Under the pieces are notes generated by a model. The model worked only from the letters and a program-made list of their open reading frames with translations. It was not told where the DNA came from and made no database searches. A stretch of 64,000 nt of DNA, from contig JAWPMS010000001.1 of the NCBI GenBank assembly GCA_033344795.1, positions 2,054,992 through 2,118,991 on the forward strand, written 5' to 3'. Source of the DNA: Acidimicrobiia bacterium. Lineage in GTDB: Bacteria; Actinomycetota; Acidimicrobiia; Acidimicrobiales; SHLQ01. Both the position numbers and the translations under genes were made by a program. Of this stretch, positions 27,535 to 37,477 are shown one piece after another. Within the stretch, counting starts at the first letter, position 1. Each line of letters starts with the position of its first letter.

Positions 27535-28738
27535 CACAACGAACGTCTCGATAGAGACGATTCGGACTGCACGCGCCCGCATCGAAGACACCATCATCTG
27601 CACGCCGTTCGCGCAATCGATCACCCTTTCGTCGATCGTGGGTGCTGACGTCTTCTTGAAGTTCGAGAACCTCCAATACACCGGTTCGTTCAAGGGTCGT
27701 GGCGCACGAAATCGTTTGCTCGATGTTGAGAACGGTCGGGGTGTAATTGCGATGTCGGCTGGAAATCACGCGCAAGGAGTCGCCCACCACGGCTCGTTGC
27801 TCGGCCTCGAGACGACCATCGTGATGCCGGCCAACACCCCCTTCGTCAAAGTGGCCAGAACCCGTGATCTCGGTGCCAAGGTCGAGCTCGTTGGTCACGA
27901 TGTCATGGAGTCGGCAGTCCGGGCGCGCGAGCTGGCGGTTGAACGTGACCTGGAGTTCATTCACCCGTTCGACGATCCTGCGGTCATCAGCGGCCAAGGA
28001 ACGATGTTCCTCGAGATGCTGGAAGCCGAGCCGGATCTCGACATCATCCTGGTTGCCGTAGGTGGCGGTGGGCTTGCCTCTGGAGCGGCGGTCGTGGCTG
28101 CGCATCACCACACCCCCGTGCAGGTGATCGGTGTGCAGACCGAGCGATATCCCTCGATGGCCGATCGGCTCGAATCGCGGCCGTCGACCGCGATCGGCGG
28201 CTCGACGATCGCCGATGGCATCGCGGTCTCAGAACCCGGCGAGATCACGAGCGCGATACTCGCCGAACACCATGTTGAGATGCTCGTCGTGAGCGAGGCC
28301 GCGATCGAACAAGCCATCGCCATGTTGCTCGAAATCGAAAAGACCGTCGTTGAGGGCGCGGGCGCCGCAGGACTCGCCGCGATGATGGAATACCCGGATG
28401 TCTTCGCTGGCAAGAAGGTCGGCGTCGTCCTGTGCGGTGGCAACATCGATCCACGGACGTTGTCGATCGTGACCTTGCGCGGCCTCGCAAACCAGGGTCG
28501 TCTCAGCCGGATTCGAGTTGAGCTCGATGACACTCCAGGACGCCTCTCGTTGGTCTCTGAAGTCATTGCGGCCGCGGCAGCGAACGTGGTTCAGGTCGAT
28601 CACGACGGGTTGGGCTCGACGGGAGCGCGAAGCACCGTTCTCGAGCTACGCATCGACACGCTCGACAGTGACCACGCGCAACGGGTGCTCGAAGCCTTGC
28701 GAAGCCACGACCTCCGAGCCGACCTGCTCGACTGGTAG
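27515..28738 (+). CDS. ilvA: threonine ammonia-lyase (threonine dehydratase), ~400-aa form with C-terminal regulatory domain
   Basis: The PLP-lysine motif is FLKFENLQYTGSFKGRGA and the glycine loop is GGGGLASG. The ACT-like tail is RIRVELDDTPGRL. Confidence 0.88.
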   Translation: MQPPPSDTTNVSIETIRTARARIEDTIICTPFAQSITLSSIVGADVFLKFENLQYTGSFKGRGARNRLLDVENGRGVIAMSAGNHAQGVAHHGSLLGLETTIVMPANTPFVKVARTRDLGAKVELVGHDVMESAVRARELAVERDLEFIHPFDDPAVISGQGTMFLEMLEAEPDLDIILVAVGGGGLASGAAVVAAHHHTPVQVIGVQTERYPSMADRLESRPSTAIGGSTIADGIAVSEPGEITSAILAEHHVEMLVVSEAAIEQAIAMLLEIEKTVVEGAGAAGLAAMMEYPDVFAGKKVGVVLCGGNIDPRTLSIVTLRGLANQGRLSRIRVELDDTPGRLSLVSEVIAAAAANVVQVDHDGLGSTGARSTVLELRIDTLDSDHAQRVLEALRSHDLRADLLDW

Positions 28739-28746
28739 GTCATCTG

Positions 28747-28795
28747 CAAATTTGAAGGATGCTGGGTCAGTCTGGCCCGCAGCGCTTCAAATTTG
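28747..28795. repeat. AT-rich 11-bp inverted repeat CAAATTTGAAG / CTTCAAATTTG separated by 27 nt, between convergent genes
   Basis: Read directly: arms at 28747-28757 and 28785-28795. It fills the 59-nt gap between the ilvA-like stop and the Nudix-like stop and may be a bidirectional terminator or a protein site. Confidence 0.5.
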
Positions 28796-28797
28796 TC

Positions 28798-29358
28798 TTA
28801 GGGCAGGCGGCCGACGTAGGCGAGTGCCCGGCGGACGAGCTTCTCGTGCCCTGGCGACAGCTCGGCGGCGACGGTTGGACTCGTGACCTCGTCCGGTCGG
28901 AGCCACACCAAGTCGAGTGCGTCCTGGCTTGGCTCACAGTCGCCTTCGATGGGAACGACATAGGCCAAGCTCACCGCATGTTGGCGCGGATCATGGAACC
29001 CGGTGATGTCCGGATTCGGGAAGTACTCGATCACCGTGAATGGCTGTGGCGACGCTGGGATCTGCGGTAGCGCGAGCGGGCCGAGATCCTTCTCGAGATG
29101 CCGGAGCAGCGCGTCGCGCACCCTCTCGCCGTACAGGATTCGTCCGGAGACCACCTCGCGGTTGACGTCACCATCGGCGCCGAGGCGTAGGAGCAGACCA
29201 ATGTGCGTCACGATGCCGAGATCATCGGTGATGACCGGGATGGCATTGATGTAGATGACGGGCATCTTGCCGCGCATCGTGGCAAGGTCGTCTTCGGAAA
29301 GCCAGTTGCTCTGGGTTTCGGTGATGTCGCTCATGCGTGCTCCTCGGCGGCGCGCCAA
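28798..29358 (-). CDS. NUDIX-fold DUF4916-like protein
   Basis: 186 aa. The pattern NWLSEDDLA...PVIYINAIPV...HIGLLLR...HDPRQHAVSLAYVVP matches my recollection of the actinobacterial DUF4916/Nudix-like family. An alternative start is ATG 29334. Confidence 0.6.
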   Translation of the reverse strand: MARRRGARMSDITETQSNWLSEDDLATMRGKMPVIYINAIPVITDDLGIVTHIGLLLRLGADGDVNREVVSGRILYGERVRDALLRHLEKDLGPLALPQIPASPQPFTVIEYFPNPDITGFHDPRQHAVSLAYVVPIEGDCEPSQDALDLVWLRPDEVTSPTVAAELSPGHEKLVRRALAYVGRLP

Positions 29359-29454
29359 ACGGTTCGTCGCTCAGCAACAGAGATCGTAGACGGTGGGGTG
29401 GGTCGACCAGAGCGACCTCCCGAACGTTGACTGTTGTAGCTCGCACTCGTCTGG

Positions 29455-29489
29455 GACGGGAGTTCGACGTTCTTCGTCGAACTCCCGTC
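29455..29489 (-). terminator. perfect 15-bp stem / 5-nt loop hairpin 10 nt after the stop of the Sec-peroxiredoxin-like gene
   Basis: Plus strand reads GACGGGAGTTCGACG-TTCTT-CGTCGAACTCCCGTC. There is no U tract, as is common in GC-rich genomes. Confidence 0.6.
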
Positions 29490-29499
29490 TCAGTGACGA

Positions 29500-29982
29500 C
29501 TATGCCAGCTTCTTGCGCTCGAAGAGCACCTTGCGAATGATGTCGCTGGCGGTGAAACGGCCGATCGGTCCGGTGGAGTAGAGCGACTGTGCGATCTCCC
29601 CATCGGGGTTGATCAGGAAGGCCGTTCCGTGCAAGAAGACCTTGTCGCCGTCCTGGTACGCGGCTCCTGTATCGGCAGAGACCGTCGGCGCGTCGAGCTC
29701 TCCCCACATCGGGAAACCGACATAGAGCCCAGATCGGAGTGCCTGTACCTTTTCGACCGGATCTACGGAGCCACCGACCACCTTGATGCCGAGCTCCATG
29801 AGGGGAAGTCCATGCGTTGCGAAGTCAACCAACTGTTGACGGCAATATGGTCACCAGTCACCTCGGTAGAGCAGCACCGCCGCCCAGGATCCGGCGACTG
29901 AAGCGACCATGTCGCCGGCTTCGCCGTCGTGGTTCACTCCCATGATCGGGGGGAGCTTCGTCCCATTCTCGAGAATATGCAT
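29500..29982 (-). CDS. peroxiredoxin-like (AhpC/TSA, PRX-like2) protein with in-frame TGA (29853..29851) at the first Cys of the WCPxC motif; candidate selenoprotein (Sec44)
   Basis: Hand translation of the minus frame: MHILENGTKLPPIMGVNHDGEAGDMVASVAGSWAAVLLYRGDW-TGA-PYCRQQLVDFATHGLPLMELGIKVVGGSVD... The frame is continuous with track ORF 29500..29832, which only starts at an internal TTG. An upstream in-frame stop lies near 30070. Confidence 0.75.
29818..29844 (-). other. bacterial SECIS-like stem-loop immediately downstream of the in-frame UGA
   Basis: The RNA reads UGA-CCAUAU-UGC-C-GUCAAC-AGUUG-GUUGAC-UUC-GCA. The perfect 6-bp upper stem begins 11 nt after UGA, the 5-nt apical loop contains GU, and UGC/GCA forms a lower stem. 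Confidence 0.6.
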
Positions 29983-30031
29983 TTCCCGAACGTAGCCGCT
30001 CGTTTGAGACTCTGCTGGTAACAATGGAGCA

Positions 30032-31600
30032 ATGACGGAGAACCCTGATCTTCGTTCCGTTCGCGTGGAAATCGATGCTCAGCTGGATGCCACTCCGACT
30101 GCGGACCCCCCACTCGTTCACGGTGGGCCGAGAGGAGCGAAACGAGGTGCGATCATCGCCATTCTTGGAGTCGGTTTCGTCGGGCTCTTGCTTGTACTCG
30201 CCGAACGCGAGTCCGCGAACGAGGTAGCAGAATCGCCCACGCCGACGACCTCGCCCACCGCAGCCGACGAGTCAAACGATGGTCAATTCGGCACACCGTT
30301 GTCTGGGCCGACCGAGTTGTTCCAGCCGACAAGCGGTGCCTCGCAACTGCAGTCCGTGGTTCGAGTTTCTTCCGGCTTCCTTGGCCTGACCCGTAACCAA
30401 GATTCGGACGGGATGCCGGTCATTGTGCAATCCGTCGATGGCATCGATTGGAGCGAGGTCAACACCGTGTTCGACGACTCGCTCCCCGAACGCAGCGCCG
30501 AATTGCCCCCAGCGATCTTCGAGGGTCTCGTTCAGACGGACGAAGGACTTGCGTTGCTCCGAAGAACGACCGAGATGAGCGCCGAGGACGACGCCTCAAG
30601 GACAATCTCACGCATCCTGAGGTTGCGCTCGTCCGATGGTGTCACATGGAGCGTCGATCCCAACTTTGCGCCATTCGACTCTGCAGGTGGATCAACCCGC
30701 GTCGTTGCTCACGTTGCCGGTTCGTTCGTGGCCAGTACCCAGAGGCCGATCGAGAACCCGTTGCTGCAGGAGCTCCTCGAAGGAGAGGTCGACGATGTGT
30801 TGCTCTCAACAGCGTTCTGTTCGGTCGAGCCGCAAACGGACGGACAACTGCGCTTCATTGCCTGCAGTGGAGCCGAGGCCCTCATCCTCACTGCGGCCGA
30901 CGCGAATGATCCTGCCCGGTTCGAACTCCTTGGCCAATGTGCGGTGTTCCTCAGCCAGCGATGGGCTGGCGAGTCATCGTTCTGGGTGGTCCAGAGCGGT
31001 AGTGGTGTTGCCGAGCTGGCTGGTGCGAATTCGCTCCTGTTCCCCCCGTCGGTTGCCGAGGACGGGCGAATCGTGGCGATCGACTTCCCGAGCCCTCCAA
31101 CGACCGGCGAACTGGCGTGCGACTACTTCATCGACGTCCAACCGTCGCCATCTCCAGCGGTCGGGGTCTGGGATCCGCAAAATTCTGCGCAACCGGTCCG
31201 ACACCCCATCCCTGAAGGGATTGACGTGTCGAGTCTGCTGTCGGTGCGAGCCGAGCCGACGATCTCGCGCGCAGGCCTACTGGTGCTGATCGGCTCCGGG
31301 CTCACCTCGATCGATCTCACATCGATCGATCTGGATTCTGGGGTGTGGGAGGACGTCTTGACGCTCCCCGTGCGCCCCGATGACGAGACCTCGGTGCAGA
31401 TCACCGCGGATGGATCGCGACTGATCTACCTGGACTCCTCGAGAATCACCGTCATCCAGCTCGACACGAGGATGACGGGATACCTCGAGAGCGCAGGTGG
31501 CAACCGGCCCGGTTTCCCACAGATCATCTATGCAGACAACGGCGTGGTCTTTGCCAGAGGCGCGAATTCGACCTTCAAGATCGATGTGCCGACCAGCTAA
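30032..31600 (+). CDS. hypothetical single-pass membrane protein with large extracytoplasmic domain
   Basis: 522 aa. An N-terminal cytoplasmic segment is followed by the TM helix AIIAILGVGFVGLLLVLA and a Pro/Thr-rich linker. I recognise no family. Confidence 0.6.
   Translation: MTENPDLRSVRVEIDAQLDATPTADPPLVHGGPRGAKRGAIIAILGVGFVGLLLVLAERESANEVAESPTPTTSPTAADESNDGQFGTPLSGPTELFQPTSGASQLQSVVRVSSGFLGLTRNQDSDGMPVIVQSVDGIDWSEVNTVFDDSLPERSAELPPAIFEGLVQTDEGLALLRRTTEMSAEDDASRTISRILRLRSSDGVTWSVDPNFAPFDSAGGSTRVVAHVAGSFVASTQRPIENPLLQELLEGEVDDVLLSTAFCSVEPQTDGQLRFIACSGAEALILTAADANDPARFELLGQCAVFLSQRWAGESSFWVVQSGSGVAELAGANSLLFPPSVAEDGRIVAIDFPSPPTTGELACDYFIDVQPSPSPAVGVWDPQNSAQPVRHPIPEGIDVSSLLSVRAEPTISRAGLLVLIGSGLTSIDLTSIDLDSGVWEDVLTLPVRPDDETSVQITADGSRLIYLDSSRITVIQLDTRMTGYLESAGGNRPGFPQIIYADNGVVFARGANSTFKIDVPTS
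31301..31330 (+). repeat. 15-bp tandem duplication (1 mismatch) inside the CDS, encoding LTSID-LTSID
   Basis: CTCACCTCGATCGAT / CTCACATCGATCGAT, read directly. Confidence 0.85.
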
Positions 31601-31609
31601 TCGGCCGAC

Positions 31610-32392
31610 CTAGACGCTCTGGCCCGACAGATTGCGGTTCTTGATCTTGGCCTTCACGTAGTCGCGGTTCATGAACGCGATGAAGTCGAGGCTGATCTCT
31701 TTCGGGCAGGCCTCGTGGCACTCACCGTGGTTGGTGCACGTACCGAAGAAGTCTTCCATCGTGTCGACCATGTTCTCGGTGCGTTCCCAGCGCTCGGGCT
31801 GACCCTGTGGGAGAAGGTTGAACTGTTGCACCTTTGCCGACGTGAACAACTGGGCGGCCGAGTTGGGACATGCTGCGACACATGCGCCACAGCCAATACA
31901 TGCAGCCGCATCCATTGCGAGGTCGGCTGCGGGCTTTGGCACCGGAATCATGTTGGCATCGGGTGCACTGCCCGTTGCCACCGAGATGAACCCGCCAGCC
32001 TGTTGGATCTTGTCCATCGCGGCACGGCTCACCGCAAGATCCTTGATGACCGGGAACGATGAGGCTCGGAATGGCTCGATGGTGATGTGATCGCCATCGG
32101 CGAATGTCCGCATGTGCAGCTGGCAGGTCGCCTGACCCTTGTTTGGGCCGTGTGCTTGACCGTTGATCATGAGTGAACACGTGCCGCAGATGCCCTCGCG
32201 GCAATCGCTCTCGAAGGTGACCGGCACCTTGTCGTCGTGGATCAAACGTTCGTTCACCACGTCGAGCATCTCGAGGAAGCTCGAATCGGGGCTGATGTCC
32301 TTGGCCTCGTATGTCTCGAAGTGGCCCTTGTCGGTTGGGCCGTTTTGGCGCCAGACCTCGAGGGTGAGGTTGATGTTGTTTTCGTCACTCAT
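31610..32392 (-). CDS. sdhB: succinate dehydrogenase/fumarate reductase iron-sulfur subunit
   Basis: 260 aa with three Cys clusters: CREGICGTC, CIGCGACVAACP and C..HGEC..ACP. Confidence 0.93.
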   Translation of the reverse strand: MSDENNINLTLEVWRQNGPTDKGHFETYEAKDISPDSSFLEMLDVVNERLIHDDKVPVTFESDCREGICGTCSLMINGQAHGPNKGQATCQLHMRTFADGDHITIEPFRASSFPVIKDLAVSRAAMDKIQQAGGFISVATGSAPDANMIPVPKPAADLAMDAAACIGCGACVAACPNSAAQLFTSAKVQQFNLLPQGQPERWERTENMVDTMEDFFGTCTNHGECHEACPKEISLDFIAFMNRDYVKAKIKNRNLSGQSV

Positions 32393-32405
32393 GCTTTTCC
32401 CCGGG

Positions 32406-34355
32406 TCACTTGTAACTGCGCTGGCTCAGCGCGACATGTTCGAATTCGAGTTGCTCTTCGTGTTTGGTCTGTTCGGTGTCGGCACCGTTCCACTCCCACG
32501 CCGCGACATGTTTGAAATTCTCATCGTCGCGGAGGGCCTCGCCCTCTTCGGTCTGTGATTCGACTCGGAAATGGCCGCCGCAAGACTCTTCTCTGACGAG
32601 AGCGTCTCGAGCCTTCAGCTTCGCGAGTTCGAAGAAGTCGGCGACGCGGCCAACCTTTTCGAGTTCGGTGTTCATCGACGTGGCATCACCCTTGACCCGA
32701 ACGTTTTTCTTGAACTCATCCTCGAGCGAGGCAATCTCGGATTGCGCCTTCTCGAGTCCGTTCTTGTCGCGTGCCATGCCGATGCGATCCCAGACGATCT
32801 TGCCGAGTTCTCGGTGGTAGTGCTCTGGCGACTTCGTGCCGTTTACCGACAGCCACATGTTTGTCTGATCGGCAACTTCGGCCTCGGCAGCCTTGAAGAC
32901 CGGATCGTCGGTTGGGACGACGCCCTCTCCGAGCTTGCCGGCGAGGTAGTCGCCAATCGTGTACGGAAGCACGAAGTAGCCGTCGGCGAGCCCCTGCATG
33001 AGCGCCGAGGCACCCAAGCGGTTTGCACCATGGTCGGAGAAGTTGGCCTCGCCGACCGCGTAGGTGCCTGGAATCGTGGTCATCAGGTGGTAGTCGACCC
33101 AGAGCCCACCCATCGTGTAGTGGGTGGCCGGGTAGATGCGCATCGGACGTTCGTACGGGTTCTCGCCGGTGATGTTGGCGTACATGTCGAACAAGTTGCC
33201 GTACTTGGCCTTGATCGTCTCCAAGCCATCTCGTGCGATTGCGTCCTTGAAGTCGAGGAAGACGCCGTTCTTCAGAGGTCCGACGCCCCGGCCTTCGTCG
33301 ACGACGGTCTTTGCGTTTCGTGACGCCACGTCGCGAGGGACGAGGTTTCCGAACGCTGGATACTTGCGCTCGAGGTAGTAGTCGCGCTCAGCTTCGGGGA
33401 TATCGGCAGCCATCCGAGCGTCGTCGAATTCGTTCGGCACCCAGATACGACCGTCGTTTCGGAGCGACTCGGACATGAGGGTCAACTTGGACTGATGATC
33501 CTCCGAAGCCGGAATACACGTCGGGTGAATCTGCGTGTAGCAAGGGTTGGCAAAGAAGGCGCCTCGTCGATGAGCTCGCCATGCGGCGGTCACGTTGCTC
33601 ATCATCGCGTTCGTCGAGAGGTAGTAGATGTTGCCGTACCCGCCGGTTGCGAGCACCACCGCGTGCGCAGAGTGCGATTCGACTTCGCCGGTCAGTAGAT
33701 CGCGGGTGATGATTCCCGCTGTTTCACCGTCTTTGGTGACGACGTCGAGCATTTCCTTGCGGTTGTGCATTTCGACCGCGCCGCTGGCGATCTGACGGTT
33801 GAGCGCCGAGTACGCACCGAGCAACAGCTGCTGTCCGGTCTGACCTCGTGCATAGAAGGTGCGAGAGACCTGAGCACCGCCGAAGGACCGGTTGTCGAGC
33901 AGGCCGCCGTAGTCGCGAGCAAAGGGAACACCTTGGGCAACGCACTGATCGATGATGTTGACCGAGACCTCGGCCAGCCGATGCACGTTGGCCTCGCGGG
34001 AGCGGTAGTCGCCGCCTTTGACCGTGTCATAGAAAAGACGGTGAACCGAGTCACCATCGTTGGGGTAGTTCTTTGCGGCGTTGATGCCGCCCTGCGCGGC
34101 GATCGAGTGCGCGCGGCGCGGGCTGTCGTGGAAGGTGAACGCTTTCACCTTGTAGCCAAGCTCGGCCATCGTGGCCGCAGCGGAGGCACCAGCGAGCCCC
34201 GTGCCGACGACGATGACGGTGAACTTGCGCTTGTTGCTCGGGTTCACCAACTTCATCGAGAACTTGTGGTTCTCCCACAGGGTGGCGATGTCTCCCTCAG
34301 GGACTTTCGAGTCGAGCGCTGGGCTCGTGGTTCGGGAGTTCATGGTTGCGGTCAT
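32406..34355 (-). CDS. sdhA: succinate dehydrogenase/fumarate reductase flavoprotein subunit
   Basis: FAD motifs [14 protein letters not shown] and [12 protein letters not shown] are present, with a length of about 649 aa. The start is set at ATG 34355, which overlaps the sdhC stop by 1 nt (TAATG). Confidence 0.93.
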   Translation of the reverse strand: MTATMNSRTTSPALDSKVPEGDIATLWENHKFSMKLVNPSNKRKFTVIVVGTGLAGASAAATMAELGYKVKAFTFHDSPRRAHSIAAQGGINAAKNYPNDGDSVHRLFYDTVKGGDYRSREANVHRLAEVSVNIIDQCVAQGVPFARDYGGLLDNRSFGGAQVSRTFYARGQTGQQLLLGAYSALNRQIASGAVEMHNRKEMLDVVTKDGETAGIITRDLLTGEVESHSAHAVVLATGGYGNIYYLSTNAMMSNVTAAWRAHRRGAFFANPCYTQIHPTCIPASEDHQSKLTLMSESLRNDGRIWVPNEFDDARMAADIPEAERDYYLERKYPAFGNLVPRDVASRNAKTVVDEGRGVGPLKNGVFLDFKDAIARDGLETIKAKYGNLFDMYANITGENPYERPMRIYPATHYTMGGLWVDYHLMTTIPGTYAVGEANFSDHGANRLGASALMQGLADGYFVLPYTIGDYLAGKLGEGVVPTDDPVFKAAEAEVADQTNMWLSVNGTKSPEHYHRELGKIVWDRIGMARDKNGLEKAQSEIASLEDEFKKNVRVKGDATSMNTELEKVGRVADFFELAKLKARDALVREESCGGHFRVESQTEEGEALRDDENFKHVAAWEWNGADTEQTKHEEQLEFEHVALSQRSYK

Positions 34356-35206
34356 TACGCCTCTGCCTTCTCGATCTCGTGCTCGAAGCACTCGAGGGCA
34401 GCAGCCTCGCTACCAGAGCCTTCGCATGGGTTGTCTTCTGGATCGATCACACCAGCTTGAGTGAGGATCGGAAATGTCAGGTTGCCAACAAGGATGACAC
34501 CGGCGAGGCCTGTCGCAAGGATTCTGCGGGCGCTGTTGTACCTCGGGTTGTTGAGCCCAAGGCTCTGGAAGAGCGACCACGTGCCGTGGAAGATATGGAT
34601 GGCCAGAGCAACGTTTGCGACGATGTAAATGATTGCCACCGGCAGGTTCGACAAGCTTGTCGAGAGGTTGTGGTACGGATCGCCACGCACATAGTCGGTG
34701 TGCGGCAAGACGCCCCAAGTCAGATCCGCAAGATGGAAGATCAGGTACAACAAGATGATCGGCCCGGTCCAGCGCATGGTGCGGCTGGCGTAGTTGGCGG
34801 CGACGTAATCACGCCCACCGGGGTAGCTCTTTTGTCCATCGATCCAGTTTGCGTTGTCGCTCGCCTGCCGGCTGATCTCCTTGGTCGTGTATGCCGCCGC
34901 GATGTGCAGACCGAACATTGCGATGAGGCCGAGGCGGAGGATCCAGAGCACCACGTTGCGGGGAAGGATGTGGCCGCCGAGTTCGCGAAGCGCCTCCGCG
35001 TATTCGTGCAATTCGACCGGTCCCTCATAGACGTGGAAGTTGCCGATCATGTGAGCGACGACGAAGCCGAGAAGCCCGATGCCGGTGATCGCCATGATCC
35101 ATTTTCGTCCGACGGCCGACTGCCAGATGTTGAGCGGAAAGGGGAGTGGCTTCTTCCGGGTCCGGATGGGCTGTGGGTCCCGAAGATTGGGCATTGTCTG
35201 CGCCAT
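34355..35206 (-). CDS. sdhC: succinate dehydrogenase membrane anchor / cytochrome b subunit (single-subunit, multi-helix type, Sdh1-like operon order CAB)
   Basis: 283 aa and polytopic, with His residues in TM helices. It is the first gene of a C-A-B operon and has an AGGAG RBS. Confidence 0.8.
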   Translation of the reverse strand: MAQTMPNLRDPQPIRTRKKPLPFPLNIWQSAVGRKWIMAITGIGLLGFVVAHMIGNFHVYEGPVELHEYAEALRELGGHILPRNVVLWILRLGLIAMFGLHIAAAYTTKEISRQASDNANWIDGQKSYPGGRDYVAANYASRTMRWTGPIILLYLIFHLADLTWGVLPHTDYVRGDPYHNLSTSLSNLPVAIIYIVANVALAIHIFHGTWSLFQSLGLNNPRYNSARRILATGLAGVILVGNLTFPILTQAGVIDPEDNPCEGSGSEAAALECFEHEIEKAEA

Positions 35207-35360
35207 GACGCTCCTGTTCGAGGGATTTCGCGGGGTCGAAGCCGCGCCAACAAACCTACTTACTGGTCGGGTTCATCGGCCAGCCCAGTGTGACGGGCAT
35301 CGCACAACAATCGGCGGACACTATGCGGGTATTGACTTCTGGAAGGGTGTGCCTTGTGTC

Positions 35361-37454
35361 TCAGACGGCGGTGAAGAGGTACCGGTTGCTCGAGATGTCA
35401 ACGTCTCGTTGGAGGTCGACGACCGCGAGCACGACCTCGGCCTCGGCGCCGATTCTCCCACCACGGATAGCGATGTCATCGAGAAAGACGACGTCATCGG
35501 CAGGCGCGACGCCGGTCCACGAGCGAGTCGCTTGGCCGCGTTGGTCGGTGATCATCGCCGTGACCTTGACCTCGACGTCCTCTGCGCCGTCGTTGCAGAG
35601 GTGAAGTCCCAGCGAGCTCGTGGTCCTGGCAGCGATGGTTGGCGTTGCTGGGTACATGACGGGCAGCAGCGGGCGCAGCGATTTCTTCGCCACGGTGAGA
35701 GCAGGACGCGGGGTTCCATCGGCGTCGTTCAATGCGCGGGTAAGCCCAGGAGCGGTGGCCCGCCACAAGCCGGCGCAAAAGCCACCGCACGGTTGGTATT
35801 TGAGAACCCGCAGCGTCTCGATCATCGTTTTCAGTACGTCTGCCTGATGGGCCTGCATCGCCGTCGCCCACGAGTTCAGATCGGGATAGGTGGTCGGCGG
35901 AATCTTGGCTCGCAAGGTGTCAGGTTCAGCGCCGTGCACCGAGAAGAGCTGATCGAGGTCTGGGTCGATGTCCGACAGCGGCAGTGCCTGCGCCCCCATG
36001 TCCGACACGAAACGGACGAGGCGAGGAAGTGTCGCGGCATACTCGACGATGTCTGAGGCATGGCCGTCGAACCAGCCAAAGTAGAGGCCAACGTCCGACC
36101 CTGACAGATGCGGCACGTGCGGCGCCACGTCGGAGTGCGCAACCACCGGGCGAGAAGGATCATCGCGAAGGAATGTTCTCCGAATCGCTCGATCGAGAAC
36201 CGTCCGGTTCCAACTCGGAATCTGTTGTTGGCGAATGTCGGGAGCTGCATTCGTTCGGGGTGTGTTCGTATGCGGGCGCATGTGGCCACCCCAGATGACC
36301 ACCGATGGATGATGCGAGAACAAGTCGATCATGTCTCGGACCTGGCGCTCGGCCTGACCGGTGACGCTACGGGCATACGACCCGACGAGAGGGACGTCCT
36401 GCCAGACGAGCACCCCGAGTTCGTCACAAGCGTCGATGAACTCACGACGGGTCACGTGACTTCGAATTCGCACGAGGTTGAACCCGGCGTCACGGATCGC
36501 CTCGACCTCGGCGCGCATGTCCGAGACCTTCATGCCGGTCATGTCGAGCGACAACGGCGCGATGTTGATTCCGCGAACGAACGTGCGGTGATTGTTGACG
36601 CGAAGAATGAAGTCGCGCATCGAGGTCGAGCGGAATCCGATTCGACGGTGTTTCCGGTCGCTGATCGCCTGACCGCTGATCCGTGCGATCACGCGAAGGT
36701 CGAACAGGGGTTGGTCTCCTGCTCCGGTCGGCCACCAGAGCTCTGGCTCGGTGACCGTCACATGCCATTCGACTCGGTTCTCGCCGGCTGCCACCGTGTG
36801 GGTGGTGGATTGCGTGATCCCAGCCAGTTCGGTCGTCACCTCGACTTCACCAGGTTCCGCAGCCAGAAGAACGGCGCGAAGCGTGACTTCAGCACGAGCG
36901 GAGTCGGCTGAAGTGCACAGCGCTCGGAAATGTCTGATGGCTACGGGGCCAGTGTCGACGAGCTCCACTTGTTGCCAGATCCCCGCGGGGTTCCAGTCGG
37001 CGGGGATACCGGGTCCTTCCGTGAACCAGCCCGTCAGCTCGCGTTTGGGGCCATCCCCTCCGATGCGGGGCGCCGCCACCTCGATGGCGAGCACGGAGCT
37101 CCCGGCCTTTGAGACGAGGTCGGTGATTTCGAATCGATGGTTGGTGAAGTACCCCTCGGTCTGGCCGACGTATGCGCCGTCGAGAAAGATGTCGCCCGCA
37201 TAACAAAGGCCGTTGAGCCGGAGCCATCGACGCTGCCCGGGTTGCAGGCTCGGGACGGTGATGTCGGCTCGATACAGCAGCGTTCCGTCGAAATCGGTGA
37301 ACTCCGGGTTCGTCTGCCAGTGCGACGGAACAACGATCGGTGTCCAGGAGCTGTCGTCGAAGTCAGGATCGCTGAACTGGCGCTGTAACTGCTCGTTGGA
37401 TCTTGCAGCGCGCCAGTTGGTGATCGCAGGTTCGATGGGCACGTCAACCGGCAC
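35361..37454 (-). CDS. glycoside hydrolase family 2 (beta-mannosidase/beta-galactosidase-like)
   Basis: 697 aa with a GTG start. The N-terminal sugar-binding domain pattern is W..I.VPS.W...F.DF.G...YR, followed by the LNG....D.F.NG..VG jelly-roll and a TIM-barrel region. Confidence 0.8.
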   Translation of the reverse strand: MPVDVPIEPAITNWRAARSNEQLQRQFSDPDFDDSSWTPIVVPSHWQTNPEFTDFDGTLLYRADITVPSLQPGQRRWLRLNGLCYAGDIFLDGAYVGQTEGYFTNHRFEITDLVSKAGSSVLAIEVAAPRIGGDGPKRELTGWFTEGPGIPADWNPAGIWQQVELVDTGPVAIRHFRALCTSADSARAEVTLRAVLLAAEPGEVEVTTELAGITQSTTHTVAAGENRVEWHVTVTEPELWWPTGAGDQPLFDLRVIARISGQAISDRKHRRIGFRSTSMRDFILRVNNHRTFVRGINIAPLSLDMTGMKVSDMRAEVEAIRDAGFNLVRIRSHVTRREFIDACDELGVLVWQDVPLVGSYARSVTGQAERQVRDMIDLFSHHPSVVIWGGHMRPHTNTPRTNAAPDIRQQQIPSWNRTVLDRAIRRTFLRDDPSRPVVAHSDVAPHVPHLSGSDVGLYFGWFDGHASDIVEYAATLPRLVRFVSDMGAQALPLSDIDPDLDQLFSVHGAEPDTLRAKIPPTTYPDLNSWATAMQAHQADVLKTMIETLRVLKYQPCGGFCAGLWRATAPGLTRALNDADGTPRPALTVAKKSLRPLLPVMYPATPTIAARTTSSLGLHLCNDGAEDVEVKVTAMITDQRGQATRSWTGVAPADDVVFLDDIAIRGGRIGAEAEVVLAVVDLQRDVDISSNRYLFTAV

Positions 37455-37477
37455 GGGCCCAACGATAGACGGACGCG

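Noticed and set aside
29851-29853. The alternative reading of the in-frame TGA as a simple inactivating mutation (pseudogene).
   Set aside because: This is not excluded, but I do not favour it. The frame is intact on both sides, the TGA replaces exactly the redox Cys codon (TGC/TGT is one change away, the pattern seen in Sec/Cys homolog pairs), and a hairpin with the right spacing follows. It is kept as the main refutation route in the finding.
29858-30121. Track ORF 29858..30121(-), 87 aa, overlapping the 5' part of the Sec-peroxiredoxin-like gene.
   Set aside because: It is in a different frame from the redoxin motif and gives an Arg-rich nonsense-like translation. The in-frame reading containing YRGDW-TGA-PYC explains the region better.
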